From positions 1,472,001-1,536,000 of the forward strand of contig OZ245365.1 in assembly GCA_965226495.1 (NCBI GenBank): a DNA stretch of 64,000 nucleotides. Direction: 5' to 3'. The notes beneath the pieces were generated by a model. That model had not been told where the DNA came from. It saw nothing but the letters and a program-made list of their open reading frames with translations, and did no database searches. Of this stretch, positions 1 through 10,244 are shown piece by piece. Position numbers and translations under genes: made by a program. Every line of letters starts with the position of its first letter. Positions within the stretch are counted from its first letter, which is position 1. Source of the stretch: Candidatus Marinacidobacterales bacterium. Lineage in GTDB: Bacteria; Acidobacteriota; Vicinamibacteria; Marinacidobacterales; DATDRI01.

Positions 1-105
1 ACGCCATTGACGCGGCGTTTCGGCGGAATGCCATCCAAATACCGTTTCCTCAGCGCGATGTACACGTGAAGCCGGATACGGTTATCGCCGCTCCCAGGAA
101 GTGAG

Positions 106-384
106 ATGGCTTTGATCGAAGTCAAGAATCTGAGTTTCACCTACACCGAGGGCCGGAAACCCGCGGCCCGAAATCTCGATTTCGAAATTGAGGCCGGTGA
201 AGTGTTTGGCCTCTTGGGGCCGCGCGGCGTCACGAGGTTTCTCACTACCCACGACATGATGGTCGCGGATGAGCTCTACCCGAGTGTCGAGGTCGGGAGC
301 ATCACGAGAAACGTATTCTTCGTACGGGCTGGTTTGCATTGGTTTGCATCGATCGGCTCCGCTTGCCCCACCAGCCACCGTTGA
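106..384 (+). pseudogene. ABC transporter ATP-binding protein remnant with large internal deletion
   Basis: ABC N-terminus (LIEVKNLSFTY...EAGEVFGLLGP) breaks off inside Walker A and runs directly into the H-loop segment (FLTTHDMMVADEL); Walker A lysine, signature and Walker B absent. Confidence 0.7.
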
Positions 385-406
385 GAGTCATCGATGGCTC
401 AGTTGA

Positions 407-1220
407 TCAGATTTTCTTGCCCTCTACGATGCTCGTGCCGAAGTTGTCGTGGAGCGGTGTGGTCGACGTTATCTCGAAGCCTGCCGACTTGTACAAAACC
501 TCCCACTGTTCCAGCGTTCGCTCCTTACCCGGAATAAAGACCAGCATGTCAATGTCTAGGAGCTTGGCGGGAGCGCCGCCCACATCCCCCATCGGTGTCG
601 GGACCGCATCTACACAGATCACTGAGCCATCGCCGTCCATTTTCTTGTGGCAGTTCTTGAGGAGCTGGATACACCGGGCGTCGTCCCAGTCGCGGATGAT
701 GTGCTTCATCACATACACGTTGGCGGCCGGGACGTCGTCGAACATGTTGCCACCGACGAACTCGAGTCTAGAGACGACGGTTTGACCCTTTGGCCAAGAC
801 GCTCTTTCGCTATGGGAACCAGCTCGGGCACGTCAACCACCAGAGCGCTCAAGCCTTCGTATTTTCTGAGCAGCCCGACCGCGAGGTGACCAAAACCTCC
901 CCCAATATCGGCGATCTTATCAACGCCCGAAAGATTGCAGTGCTTCAACACACCCTGCATGGAGTCCCCTCAGCGTCCTCCGTCACGATCTCGAGGCTGG
1001 CACAGGCTCGGAGTGCCCGTTCCAGAAACTCCGGTACCGCATCGACGCCGTGCTCTTGGGTCAGCTGGCCGGCCGTACGCGGGCCATGCTGCTTGAGCAG
1101 ATCGGGGACATCGAGACGGGTGATTGCGGAGATGGTCTGTGAAACCCACGCGCCCATGACCATCTGCATGACCACGGCTTGCGGTGGAGCGGTGCCTCCT
1201 TGGTTTGTCGCATCTGCCAC
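407..1220 (-). pseudogene. COMT-type O-methyltransferase, split into three frames
   Basis: 945-1220 dimerisation domain (GAWVSQTISAITRLDVPDLL), 709-960 SAM motif (ADIGGGFGHL), 407-745 C-terminus (MKHIIRDWDD, GKERT); two frame changes, middle segment appears missing. Confidence 0.8.
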
Positions 1221-1390
1221 GTTCTTTCGCTCCTTTCCTTTCGACGCCGTTAGGGCGCGACGTTGCTCGTCGGGGATGAAGGGGCGGGGCTATTCCCGCT
1301 CACAAGTGAGTGTACAGAGAGGCACGGGAGCGAGTCCAGCACGGTCCGTCTCGCGGCCGGCTGCTGTTCAGGAGCTAGAGGTCGGTGACC

Positions 1391-2890
1391 TTACTGACTG
1401 AATTCAAGACTGTTTTGGGCGAGGTATTCCTTGAAGTGATAAAACTCGGCCGGCTCCACGTGAAGGAGCTTGATACCGGCGTGACAATGTGGCGCCTGAC
1501 CCGATGCCCAGGCTACGCTGCCGGTGAAGGTAATGGTCCGTTCATTGGGTGCGAAATCGAGCTCAACCCGGACGACGCTCCCCTCCTCCAAGCTCTCTTC
1601 TGTATTGATGAGGAGTCCGCCGGGACTGACGTTGGAAGTCGTAAAGGGCAGCGTGTTGCCGTCGGGAAGCCGTAGACGTCCCAACAAGGCTGCGTCGCGC
1701 CGGCGGAACGAGCGTCGTTCCTCAAGACTGTTTTGGGCGAGGTATTCCTTGAAGTGATAAAACTCGGCCGGCTCCACGTGAAGGAGCTTGATACCGGCGT
1801 GACAATGTGGCGCCTGACCCGATGCCCAGGCTACGCTGCCGGTGAAGGTAATGGTCCGTTCATTGGGTGCGAAATCGAGCTCAACCCGGACGACGCTCCC
1901 CTCCTCCAAGCTCTCTTCTGTATTGATGAGGAGTCCGCCGGGACTGACGTTGGAAGTCGTAAAGGGCAGCGTGTTGCCGTCGGGAAGCCGTAGACGTCCC
2001 AACAAGGCTGCGTCGCGCCGGCGGAACGAGCGTCGTTCCTCGGAGCAAGCTTCGACACGATTCTTGCCCATGCGTTTGGCTTTGTACAGCGCGGAATCGG
2101 CCTGTCGAATCAAATCGGTCGTGGTGTTGGCATCGGTAGGTACACAGGCGGCACCAATGCTGACGGTTAGATTCTTGCTCGGCAGGTTGGACTCACCCTG
2201 AATCCTGGTTTCTTCCATCTTGAGACGGATCTTCTCGCCCGCGACCAGAGCGCCCTGTTTCAGCGTGGCGGGCAAGATGACGGCGAACTCTTCTCCGCCG
2301 TATCGGGTGATGACGTCCACCTCTCGAACCGCCTCCTTCAGCACGTGAGCCAATTGCTGGAGCGCGATGTTCCCGCGGTCGTGGCCGTTCCGATCGTTGA
2401 ACAGCTTGAAGTCGTCGGCGTCGACCATTAACAGCGAAACGGAGGAATTGTAGCGGACTGCTCTCTTTACCTCCTGATCGATTCGGTCTTTAAAGTAGCG
2501 GTAGTTGTAGAGCTGTGTGAGTTCGTCGAGGATAACCGAGTCCTGGACTTTTTGTAGGAGCCGAATCTCGACGATCGTCGGATTCTCGAGAGTTTTTTGA
2601 ACCTCGAGGAAATAGTGAAGCACCGCTACCCGAAGATCCATCTCCCAGGTCACGGCTCGGCTCAAGGCTTCCCACACATCGAGAATCTTTCCCCAGTGCT
2701 GCTTGGCTTCTTCGGTCTCGAAGGCCTGGTGAGTCAAGAGGAAGAGAAGGCTGGCGTATGTTTCGAGGCCGTACCGCTTCTCCAGCTGTAGAACTCTCTG
2801 CTTCCACTCCGAGATAGGAAGACGAGGATGCCGCAACAAAGAGAACGTCGCGTTCGACAAATCTGCGGAGAACTCGGTGGTCTCAATCAT
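1391..2890 (-). CDS. Diguanylate cyclase (GGEEF) with two identical C-terminal PilZ domains
   Basis: DELTQLYNYRYF, DADDFKLFND, REVD I-site, RYGGEEF; PilZ motifs RRSFRR and NVSPGG each present twice. Confidence 0.9.
   Translation of the reverse strand: MIETTEFSADLSNATFSLLRHPRLPISEWKQRVLQLEKRYGLETYASLLFLLTHQAFETEEAKQHWGKILDVWEALSRAVTWEMDLRVAVLHYFLEVQKTLENPTIVEIRLLQKVQDSVILDELTQLYNYRYFKDRIDQEVKRAVRYNSSVSLLMVDADDFKLFNDRNGHDRGNIALQQLAHVLKEAVREVDVITRYGGEEFAVILPATLKQGALVAGEKIRLKMEETRIQGESNLPSKNLTVSIGAACVPTDANTTTDLIRQADSALYKAKRMGKNRVEACSEERRSFRRRDAALLGRLRLPDGNTLPFTTSNVSPGGLLINTEESLEEGSVVRVELDFAPNERTITFTGSVAWASGQAPHCHAGIKLLHVEPAEFYHFKEYLAQNSLEERRSFRRRDAALLGRLRLPDGNTLPFTTSNVSPGGLLINTEESLEEGSVVRVELDFAPNERTITFTGSVAWASGQAPHCHAGIKLLHVEPAEFYHFKEYLAQNSLEFSQ
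1404..2041. repeat. Exact tandem duplication, period 318 bp (106 codons)
   Basis: 1404-1723 matches 1722-2041; translated PilZ segments identical. Confidence 0.95.
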
Positions 2891-2954
2891 GGCAACGAAT
2901 CATCAATGTCAGGGGGCGGCGCTTGTCGTACCTCTCCTGCCCAAGCCACGTATT

Positions 2955-2970
2955 AGCAAGGGCCGTGCCG
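2955..2970 (-). promoter_or_regulatory. Sigma54-type -24/-12 promoter upstream of the GGDEF-PilZ gene
   Basis: Minus strand CGGCACGGCCCTTGCT, GG-N10-GC spacing, 65 nt upstream of ATG 2890. Confidence 0.6.
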
Positions 2971-3278
2971 CAGTCTCTGTTTCGAGACAGAGGCTCAACC
3001 CTCTTTTATGCGGTTGTTTACGGTGAGGGAGGCTTATTCTTTAGCACCTGCGCTGAGGGGCTCGAGCCGCCCATTGAGGGGAATTTCCCCCCAGTTTGGG
3101 TCGTCTTCTTTAACGTCGAGCCTAACCATTCCGTTGTGGCATGAACACAACGCTTGGCTTCCGATCGGGGGAGTTAAGCATCGACGCCAAGGAGGTGTTC
3201 CCGGGCACCTCTTGTGATCTAGCGCACACGGGCGCCTGTTATACTTCGGGTCGACTCGAGCCCGAAGGATCTCTACTC

Positions 3279-4130
3279 GTGACAGCTCCGCGCGGCAAAA
3301 CATCCGGCGTTGTGGTCAGCGATCTCGACGGCACCCTCCTTGATAGCGAGAATTATTCCTTCGACGATGCGCGACCCGCTCTCGCCGCCTTGCGTGAAGG
3401 TCAGGTCCCGGTCATTCTCGTAAGCAGCAAGACGCGCGCCGAGATCGAGCCCCTTCGTGAAGCTCTGGAGCTGGAAGATCCTTTCGTCGTCGAAAACGGA
3501 GGCGCGGCGTACGTTCCTCGCGGGACTTTTAACGAGGAGATAGGGGCCCTCGACGCTTCGGGTCGATACGACGTCGTGCGATGGGGAACTCCGTACGATG
3601 AAGTCGTTGCGGTGTTAGACGAAGCGAAGGAAGCCACCGGGGCATCACTACGAGGCTTCCACGAGATGGAAGCGGAAGACGTGGCCGCACTTACCGGGCT
3701 TTCCCTCTACGAAGCCCGGCGTGCGAAGGAAAGAGAGTTCGACGAGCCTTTCTTGGTCGATGGTGAGGAAGACCAGCGTAGCAAAAAAGCACTGGAGATA
3801 CTCGAGGCAAAGGGCCTCACCGTGACTCGTGGCGGCCGTTTCTATCACGCGATGGGTGGCTGCGACAAAGGGAAAGCGGTGAGAGAGCTGTTGCGGTTCT
3901 ATCGAGGTTCGGGCAAGTCTTGGGTGTCGGCCGGACTCGGCGACGCCCAAAATGATCTGCCTTTTCTTCGTGAAGTGGATCGACCCTACATCGTCGCCGG
4001 TGTCAAGGGGCATGACCCAACTTTGATCGAAGCGCTTCCCGAAGCGCGCAGGGTAGCACCCGCGCCCCGGGGCTGGGCGGAAGCGGTCGTGGACTTCTTA
4101 TCCTGGCTCGACCGCGGTGCTTCCGCCTAG
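3279..4130 (+). CDS. Mannosyl-3-phosphoglycerate phosphatase family (HAD IIB)
   Basis: SDLDGTLLD, SSKTRAEI, VENGG, REFDEPF, DKGKAV, GLGDAQND; GTG 3279 after AAGGA preferred over ORF start 3141. Confidence 0.85.
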   Translation: MTAPRGKTSGVVVSDLDGTLLDSENYSFDDARPALAALREGQVPVILVSSKTRAEIEPLREALELEDPFVVENGGAAYVPRGTFNEEIGALDASGRYDVVRWGTPYDEVVAVLDEAKEATGASLRGFHEMEAEDVAALTGLSLYEARRAKEREFDEPFLVDGEEDQRSKKALEILEAKGLTVTRGGRFYHAMGGCDKGKAVRELLRFYRGSGKSWVSAGLGDAQNDLPFLREVDRPYIVAGVKGHDPTLIEALPEARRVAPAPRGWAEAVVDFLSWLDRGASA

Positions 4131-5530
4131 GTGCGGCCTTTATTGAAATACTCGAGGGTCAGTTTTCTGACCACGCCCGACAAGGCCAGAAGCGCGAGCA
4201 GATTCGGAAACGCCATAAACCCGTTGAGCAGAGTTCCCAAAGCCCATACCAAAGGTACGCTAGCCACCGAGCCCACCATCACGAGTGCGGTGAAGAGGTA
4301 TCGATAGGGCATGATCACCTTCGTGCCGAACAGGAACTCTATGCACTTTTCGCCGTAGTAGTACCAACCAATGAGGGTCGACAACCCGAACAGGAACGAG
4401 CAAAGAGCGACGATGAGGGTTGCTCCTGGGATCGTAGTGGCGAGCGCTCCCGCGGTGAGATCGCCGCTCGCATTCTGGTACGACGCCTCCGTCCAGAGTC
4501 CAGACGAGAGGATCACGAAAGCGGTGATGGAGCACACCACGATAGTGTCGGTGAAGACTTCGAATATCCCTACAACACCTTGCTCCACCGGATGTTTGAC
4601 CTTGGCGATACCGTGGGCAATAGGAGCACTTCCCATTCCAGCTTCGTTGGACAAAACGCCGCGGCTGATTCCAGCCGCGATGGCGTTGGCAACGCTTACA
4701 CCGACGAAGCCTCCCAATGCGGCCATCGGTGTGAAGGCGCGCTCGAAGATAAGACCAAGCACGGTCGGGACTTGGGAGATGTTGATCGCCATATACGAGA
4801 GACCCGCGACGAGATAAAGGACAATCATCGCGGGAACGAGCTTCTCGGCCACCGAGGCGATGCGCTGAATACCACCGAGAAGCACCAGTCCGACCACCAC
4901 GGTGATGAGCACCCCGGGTACCCAAAGAGGTACGTCAACGCCAAAGACGGAGCTCGCGGCTTTTACGAACGTCCGGGCAATGGTGTTGGACTGCGCCATG
5001 TTGCCGGTACCGACCAGCGCAGTGGCCGCGCCGAAAAAGCAAAACATATAGGCCAGGACCTTGGCGAGACGGGGCCATGGGAGTCCACGCGTGATGTAGT
5101 ACATCGGTCCGCTGGCGTACTCGCCGGTCTCCGTGGTTACCCGGTAGTGAACGCCTAGAACCGCCTCCGAGTACTTGGTCGCCATTCCGACGGCCGCGGT
5201 GACCCACATCCAGAAGATAGCGCCCGGTCCTCCGATCAGGATGGCGGTGGCCACTCCTCCGATGTTGCCATTGCCGACGGTCGAAGCGAGTGCGGTGGAA
5301 AGCGCCTGGAAGGGAGTGATGGTTCCTTCGCCCTCGACGTCATGTTTGAAGGCGCCCTGCCTCACGAATCGTAGAGCTGCTGGGAACCGACGTATCTGTA
5401 CGAAGCCCGTCCGCACCGTCAGCCAGCCGCCAACGACGACCAAGAGGAACGGTATGGCGTACCACTGGTAGATGAGATTGGAGAGAGCGTTGATCTGGTT
5501 GGTCAGGTTAGCGACGAATGAACCATCCAT
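4127..5530 (-). CDS. Alanine/glycine:cation symporter (AGCS family)
   Basis: LASTVGNGNIGGVA, GGPGAIFWMW, SNEAGMGSAP, DTIVVCSIT. Confidence 0.93.
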   Translation of the reverse strand: MDGSFVANLTNQINALSNLIYQWYAIPFLLVVVGGWLTVRTGFVQIRRFPAALRFVRQGAFKHDVEGEGTITPFQALSTALASTVGNGNIGGVATAILIGGPGAIFWMWVTAAVGMATKYSEAVLGVHYRVTTETGEYASGPMYYITRGLPWPRLAKVLAYMFCFFGAATALVGTGNMAQSNTIARTFVKAASSVFGVDVPLWVPGVLITVVVGLVLLGGIQRIASVAEKLVPAMIVLYLVAGLSYMAINISQVPTVLGLIFERAFTPMAALGGFVGVSVANAIAAGISRGVLSNEAGMGSAPIAHGIAKVKHPVEQGVVGIFEVFTDTIVVCSITAFVILSSGLWTEASYQNASGDLTAGALATTIPGATLIVALCSFLFGLSTLIGWYYYGEKCIEFLFGTKVIMPYRYLFTALVMVGSVASVPLVWALGTLLNGFMAFPNLLALLALSGVVRKLTLEYFNKGRT

Positions 5531-5557
5531 GAAATTCTCCCAGGATAGTCGGCGGGC

Positions 5558-6934
5558 CTACCAAGAGAACATGGGCCACACCGTCACGAGAATAATGATC
5601 GCGATGGCTATAGGAGAGACGAACCGTATCAAAACGCTCCAGAGTTTGGGATACGGAAACCATGCTTTGTTGGAAACCAGTTCCTTGATCGCTGCTTCCG
5701 ACGTCCAGACATAGCCGACGAAGATGGCGGTCAGAAAGCCGCCGATGGGGAGCGCATAGTTGTTCCACACCATGTTCATCATGCCTAGGAAGTTGCCTCC
5801 CAACACGCTAGAGAAATTGCTAAGCCCGGCCACCGCTCCGTTGCCGAGCGCGGAGGGTATGGCGAGCAGGAACGTGGCGGCGGTGATGACCAATACTGCT
5901 TTCTTGCGGTTCCATCCGTATTCGTCGATGAAGTGCGAGACCGGTACCTCGAGCAAAGAGATCGTCGAAGTCAGGGCCGCCATAGCTAGTAGGATGAAGA
6001 ACGCGGTACCAAAAAGGGTGCCACCAGGCAGGGTGGAAAACAATTGTGGGAGGACGTTGAAGATGAGGCCGGGGCCGGAAGCGCTGGGGTCGAAGCCTTC
6101 GATAGAAAAGCCTGCGGGAAAGATGATGAACCCGGCGAGAAGTGCGATCGCCGTGTCCAGGCAGACGACGAAGAGTGCGGCGCGCGCAATGCCTTCGGTC
6201 TTCTTTATGTAGCTCCCATAGGTGATCATGCATCCCATGCCCAAGCTCAAAGAAAAGAAGGCCTGGCCGAGTGCACCGCTCAGCACGCCGACGTCCAGGA
6301 TTTTGCTGAAGTCGGGTCGAAGGTAATAGGCGAGCCCCTCGGCCGCTCCCGGTAGAGTAAGAGCCCGAAAACCTAGAAGAATGAGCAGGATGATGAGCGT
6401 CGGCATCAACGCCTTGGTGACGCGCTCGATGCCGGATCGAACGCCGGTGATGATGCATGCCGCCGTCATCGCGAGGAAGAGGAAGGTGAGAAAAACGCAG
6501 AGCGGGCCGTTGGCGGCGAAGGCTGCAAAGGCCGTCTGGATCTCCTCGGCGTTGCCGCTGATGCTGCCGGTGGCGGTGAACCAAATGTAGGCTACCGTCC
6601 AGCCGGCAATGACGGAGTAGAAGGACAGGATGCCCACGCCGGCGATGACGCCGAGCGCGCCCACCATCCACCATTTGGAATTGGGCTGGTAGAATCGGTA
6701 AGCGCCAACCGGGTCTTTCTGCGAACCTCGTCCCAAAACGAGCTCCGCAATTATGATGGGAGCACAAATGAGAAAGACGCACAACAAGTAGACGACGACG
6801 AACGCAGCGCCGCCTGCTTGGCCGACTCGCGTCGGAAAGCTCCAGATGTTGCCGAGTCCCACGGCGGAGCCTGCGGCGGCGAGAATGAATCCGGTGCGAG
6901 AGCCCCAGCTTCCGCGCTCGTTAGGCGATGCCAT
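5558..6934 (-). CDS. Sodium-dependent transporter (NSS/SNF family)
   Basis: RGSWGSRTGFILAAAGSAVGLGNIW, QAFFSLSLGMG, SGPGLIF. Confidence 0.93.
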   Translation of the reverse strand: MASPNERGSWGSRTGFILAAAGSAVGLGNIWSFPTRVGQAGGAAFVVVYLLCVFLICAPIIIAELVLGRGSQKDPVGAYRFYQPNSKWWMVGALGVIAGVGILSFYSVIAGWTVAYIWFTATGSISGNAEEIQTAFAAFAANGPLCVFLTFLFLAMTAACIITGVRSGIERVTKALMPTLIILLILLGFRALTLPGAAEGLAYYLRPDFSKILDVGVLSGALGQAFFSLSLGMGCMITYGSYIKKTEGIARAALFVVCLDTAIALLAGFIIFPAGFSIEGFDPSASGPGLIFNVLPQLFSTLPGGTLFGTAFFILLAMAALTSTISLLEVPVSHFIDEYGWNRKKAVLVITAATFLLAIPSALGNGAVAGLSNFSSVLGGNFLGMMNMVWNNYALPIGGFLTAIFVGYVWTSEAAIKELVSNKAWFPYPKLWSVLIRFVSPIAIAIIILVTVWPMFSW

Positions 6935-7011
6935 CGATCTCCCTCCGGACTATTCGCTCAAACGTTCAAAAAAACTTTCGAAGTGTACCACAGCGAGTGT
7001 GCGAAACCCTC

Positions 7012-7839
7012 TTAGGGCGCCACCAGCGTTTTGACCTCTCCCTTGATGCTCACCTGAAATATGTTTTGGGCGTGCGGATCGGCGACCAGAATGTTTCCCT
7101 TGCCGTCCAGCGCGAGACCTTGAGGACTCTTCAGGGGGTCGCCCTGAACGAGCGCACTCACTTCACCAGCGGGCGTCACTCGCCAGATGGCTCGCGCGTA
7201 ACCGTCGCTGACGTAATAGTTCCCGTTGGGGTGCAGGACGGCGTCGTGGGGGAACTCGAAGGGTGGTGAGTCGAGAAGAGGCTCGGTCTTGCCGTCGCCT
7301 CCGACCTTCTCAAGATTGCGATCGGTGAGTATGACGATGGCGCCCTCCTTATCGAAGAGAATGGTGCGCGGCGCTTGCACCTCGGCAACATCGGTGACTC
7401 CATCCGCCGTGATTCGACGCAGACGTTGAGTCACTCGGTCCACTACCAGGATGTCTCCCGATGGCTCGACCAAAATTCCCCAAGGGGTCACGAAGCGCTC
7501 ATCGTCGGCGACGGGGTCGATGTTTCCTGCCGCGTCGATGCGGTAGAGCTTCATCGTGGCCGGATCGCTCGCCACCCAGACACCCTCGTTCTTATCCGGA
7601 GCGATGTGCCGGATGCCGAAGAGCGGTGTACGGGGAAGTCCCTCCCCTTTGGCGACGACCTTCACGGCGCCACTTTCGAGCTTGAAGAGGGCGTGAGCCT
7701 GGTTATCGGCCACATAAATCCCACCCTTTGAGTCGACGGCCACGTCGACGGGGTAGTCTAGGTTTTGCGCTACTGCGAGGCCAGCTAAGCCTGCTAAAAA
7801 AGAAAAGAAGGAGAAGAGTAGGGCAAGCGTTATTCGCAC
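7012..7839 (-). CDS. Secreted NHL-repeat beta-propeller protein
   Basis: Signal peptide; repeated P-x-[DG]-[VIL]-A-[VL]-D-x-x-G-x-I-[YL]-V-A-D motifs. Confidence 0.8.
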   Translation of the reverse strand: MRITLALLFSFFSFLAGLAGLAVAQNLDYPVDVAVDSKGGIYVADNQAHALFKLESGAVKVVAKGEGLPRTPLFGIRHIAPDKNEGVWVASDPATMKLYRIDAAGNIDPVADDERFVTPWGILVEPSGDILVVDRVTQRLRRITADGVTDVAEVQAPRTILFDKEGAIVILTDRNLEKVGGDGKTEPLLDSPPFEFPHDAVLHPNGNYYVSDGYARAIWRVTPAGEVSALVQGDPLKSPQGLALDGKGNILVADPHAQNIFQVSIKGEVKTLVAP

Positions 7840-8040
7840 GCTTCGTCAACCTCCATGAATGTTGCCTCATTTCCCCACGTCTGCGGCTGGCGCGGGGTTG
7901 CGCCATTCTATGCGCTGGCCTGGTTGAATTCAAAGGGCTTCCGGGCCGAAATAGCGCTTGGGGTACGGGCTTGCTTCCGGTAGAATGCCAGCTTCTGTGT
8001 CGTGAGTCTCACCTTATATAAGTACACGAGGAGGTAGAGG

Positions 8041-10101
8041 GTGAATAGCCTGGTTCAGTGGACGCCCGTGCTCGGCGTAGTGGCGCTCCTTTTCGCTTGG
8101 TACAAGGCCGGCTTCGTTTCCCGTCAGGACCAGGGAACCGATCGCATGAAGGAAATTGCGTCCTTCATCAGCCAAGGCGCGATGGCCTTCCTGCGCCGAG
8201 AGTACTCGGTCCTGGCGGTTTTTGCCCTCTTTGTGGCAGTGGCGCTCTTCCTGGCGAACTACTCGAACGGAACCCAGCTGGTCGGGGTCTCCTACATCGT
8301 GGGGGCTTCATGCTCGGCGCTGGCCGGCTTCTTCGGAATGCGGGTGGCGACAAAAGCGAATGTCCGGACGACCAACGCGGCCCGCGAGTCGATGGCTCGC
8401 GCGCTCAACGTGGCGTTCTCCGGTGGCGTGGTAATGGGCATGTCGGTGGTGGGACTGGGCGTGTTGGGCCTCTCACTTCTCTTCATCCTCTATACGAATC
8501 TCTTCGGCACCGGACTCGATGTCATGCAAAACAAGGTGCTACAGGTTCTGTCCGGGTTCAGTTTAGGCGCGTCTTCCATCGCCCTATTCGCTCGTGTAGG
8601 AGGAGGGATTTACACGAAGTCGGCCGATGTCGGAGCCGATCTGGTTGGGAAGGTCGAAGCGGGAATTCCCGAAGATGATCCACGGAATCCTGCGGTGATT
8701 GCCGACCTTGTCGGTGATAACGTCGGTGACGTGGCCGGGATGGGAGCCGACTTGTTCGAGTCTTATGCGGGAGCGATCATCGGCGGCATGGTGTTGGGAT
8801 TGGTATTCGTCCGTGACATGGAAGCTGCCGGGACGTCGGTGACGAATCCCTTGAACTATGTCGTTCTGCCCCTCGTCCTCGCCGCGGTTGGGATTCTTTG
8901 CTCCATTGCTGGCACTTTCGCGGTGAGAACCGGCGAAGGTAAGAACCCGCAGACCGCTCTCAATGCCGGGACGATCGGGGCAGGGGTGGTCATGCTCATC
9001 GTCGCGATCCCCGTGATCCGCACGCTCTGCCCAGAGGCATGGGCCAATCTCTACGGCGCGATGGTCATCGGACTTGCCCTCGGCATCGCGATTGGTTTCA
9101 TCACGGAGTACTACACTTCAGAAGCGCGGAGTCCGGCGCGAGAGATCGCCGCGGCGTCCCAGACCGGAGCGGCTACCAACATCATCGCTGGCCTGGCCCT
9201 GGGCATGAAGTCGACAGGCTGGCCTCTTTTTCTCATTGCCGCCGCGATCCCGGCGACGTATCACCTGGCAGGAGTTTACGGCATCGCGCTCGCCGGACTC
9301 GGAATGCTCTGCACAGTGGGAATCCAGCTTGCCGTCGACGCTTACGGGCCCATCGCCGACAATGCGGGAGGTATCGCGGAGATGAGCGAGCTTCCGAAAG
9401 AAGTGCGGGCGCGCACCGACAAACTGGATGCGGTCGGGAACACCACCGCCGCCATTGGAAAGGGTTTTGCGATCGGCTCGGCCGCGCTGGCGGCGCTGGC
9501 GTTGATGGCCGCTTTTCAGGAACAGGCACGGCTGAAGCCCGAGGAGCTATCTATTCTGAACCCGACCGTACTCGCCGGTCTATTGCTTGGTGGGATGGTG
9601 CCGTTTCTGTTCTCCTCGATGGCGATGAAGGCAGTGGGGGAAGCCGCTTTCGACATGATCGAGGAGGTGCGCCGGCAATTCAGAGAAATTCCAGGACTAT
9701 TGGAAGGCAAGAAAGGCGTCCGCGCCGACCATGCTCGGTGCGTCGACATCGCCACCGCAGCGGCGCTCAAGCGGATGATCATGCCAGGCTTGATGGCGAT
9801 TGTGATCCCCGTAGTCGCGGGATTCATCGACAAAAACTTGCTCGCCGGCGTTTTGGGCGGCGCGATCGTGTCAGGAGTCTTACTCGCGATCTTCATGGCC
9901 AACGCCGGAGGGGCTTGGGACAATGCCAAGAAACACATCGAGGGTGGTGCCTTCGGAGGCAAGGGCTCCGATTCTCACAAGGCCGCGGTGGTAGGCGATA
10001 CAGTAGGTGACCCCTTCAAGGACACCGCTGGCCCGAGCATCAACATTCTGCTCAAGCTGATGTCGGTAGTGTCTCTCGTGATTGCTCCATTGATCAGGTA
10101 A
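8041..10101 (+). CDS. hppA: Membrane-bound pyrophosphatase, K+-dependent, probably Na+-translocating
   Basis: [62 protein letters not shown]; SD GAGGAGG. Confidence 0.95.
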   Translation: MNSLVQWTPVLGVVALLFAWYKAGFVSRQDQGTDRMKEIASFISQGAMAFLRREYSVLAVFALFVAVALFLANYSNGTQLVGVSYIVGASCSALAGFFGMRVATKANVRTTNAARESMARALNVAFSGGVVMGMSVVGLGVLGLSLLFILYTNLFGTGLDVMQNKVLQVLSGFSLGASSIALFARVGGGIYTKSADVGADLVGKVEAGIPEDDPRNPAVIADLVGDNVGDVAGMGADLFESYAGAIIGGMVLGLVFVRDMEAAGTSVTNPLNYVVLPLVLAAVGILCSIAGTFAVRTGEGKNPQTALNAGTIGAGVVMLIVAIPVIRTLCPEAWANLYGAMVIGLALGIAIGFITEYYTSEARSPAREIAAASQTGAATNIIAGLALGMKSTGWPLFLIAAAIPATYHLAGVYGIALAGLGMLCTVGIQLAVDAYGPIADNAGGIAEMSELPKEVRARTDKLDAVGNTTAAIGKGFAIGSAALAALALMAAFQEQARLKPEELSILNPTVLAGLLLGGMVPFLFSSMAMKAVGEAAFDMIEEVRRQFREIPGLLEGKKGVRADHARCVDIATAAALKRMIMPGLMAIVIPVVAGFIDKNLLAGVLGGAIVSGVLLAIFMANAGGAWDNAKKHIEGGAFGGKGSDSHKAAVVGDTVGDPFKDTAGPSINILLKLMSVVSLVIAPLIR

Positions 10102-10103
10102 CC

Positions 10104-10192
10104 GGGGTCACGGGGTCAGATCCAGTCTTATCACAGGGGTCTGATCCAAAAGCGTGCATGCGGGCGGCGTGTGCACACTTTTGGATCAGACC
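10104..10192. repeat. REP-like long hairpin between convergent genes (possible bidirectional terminator)
   Basis: GGTCTGATCCAAAAG (10138-10152) pairs with CTTTTGGATCAGACC (10178-10192); extra GGGGTCA copies just upstream. Confidence 0.7.
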
Positions 10193-10244
10193 GGCGCCTG
10201 GCTACGCTGATAAGTAGCACCTTAGTATTTTGGCGCCCCTCCTC

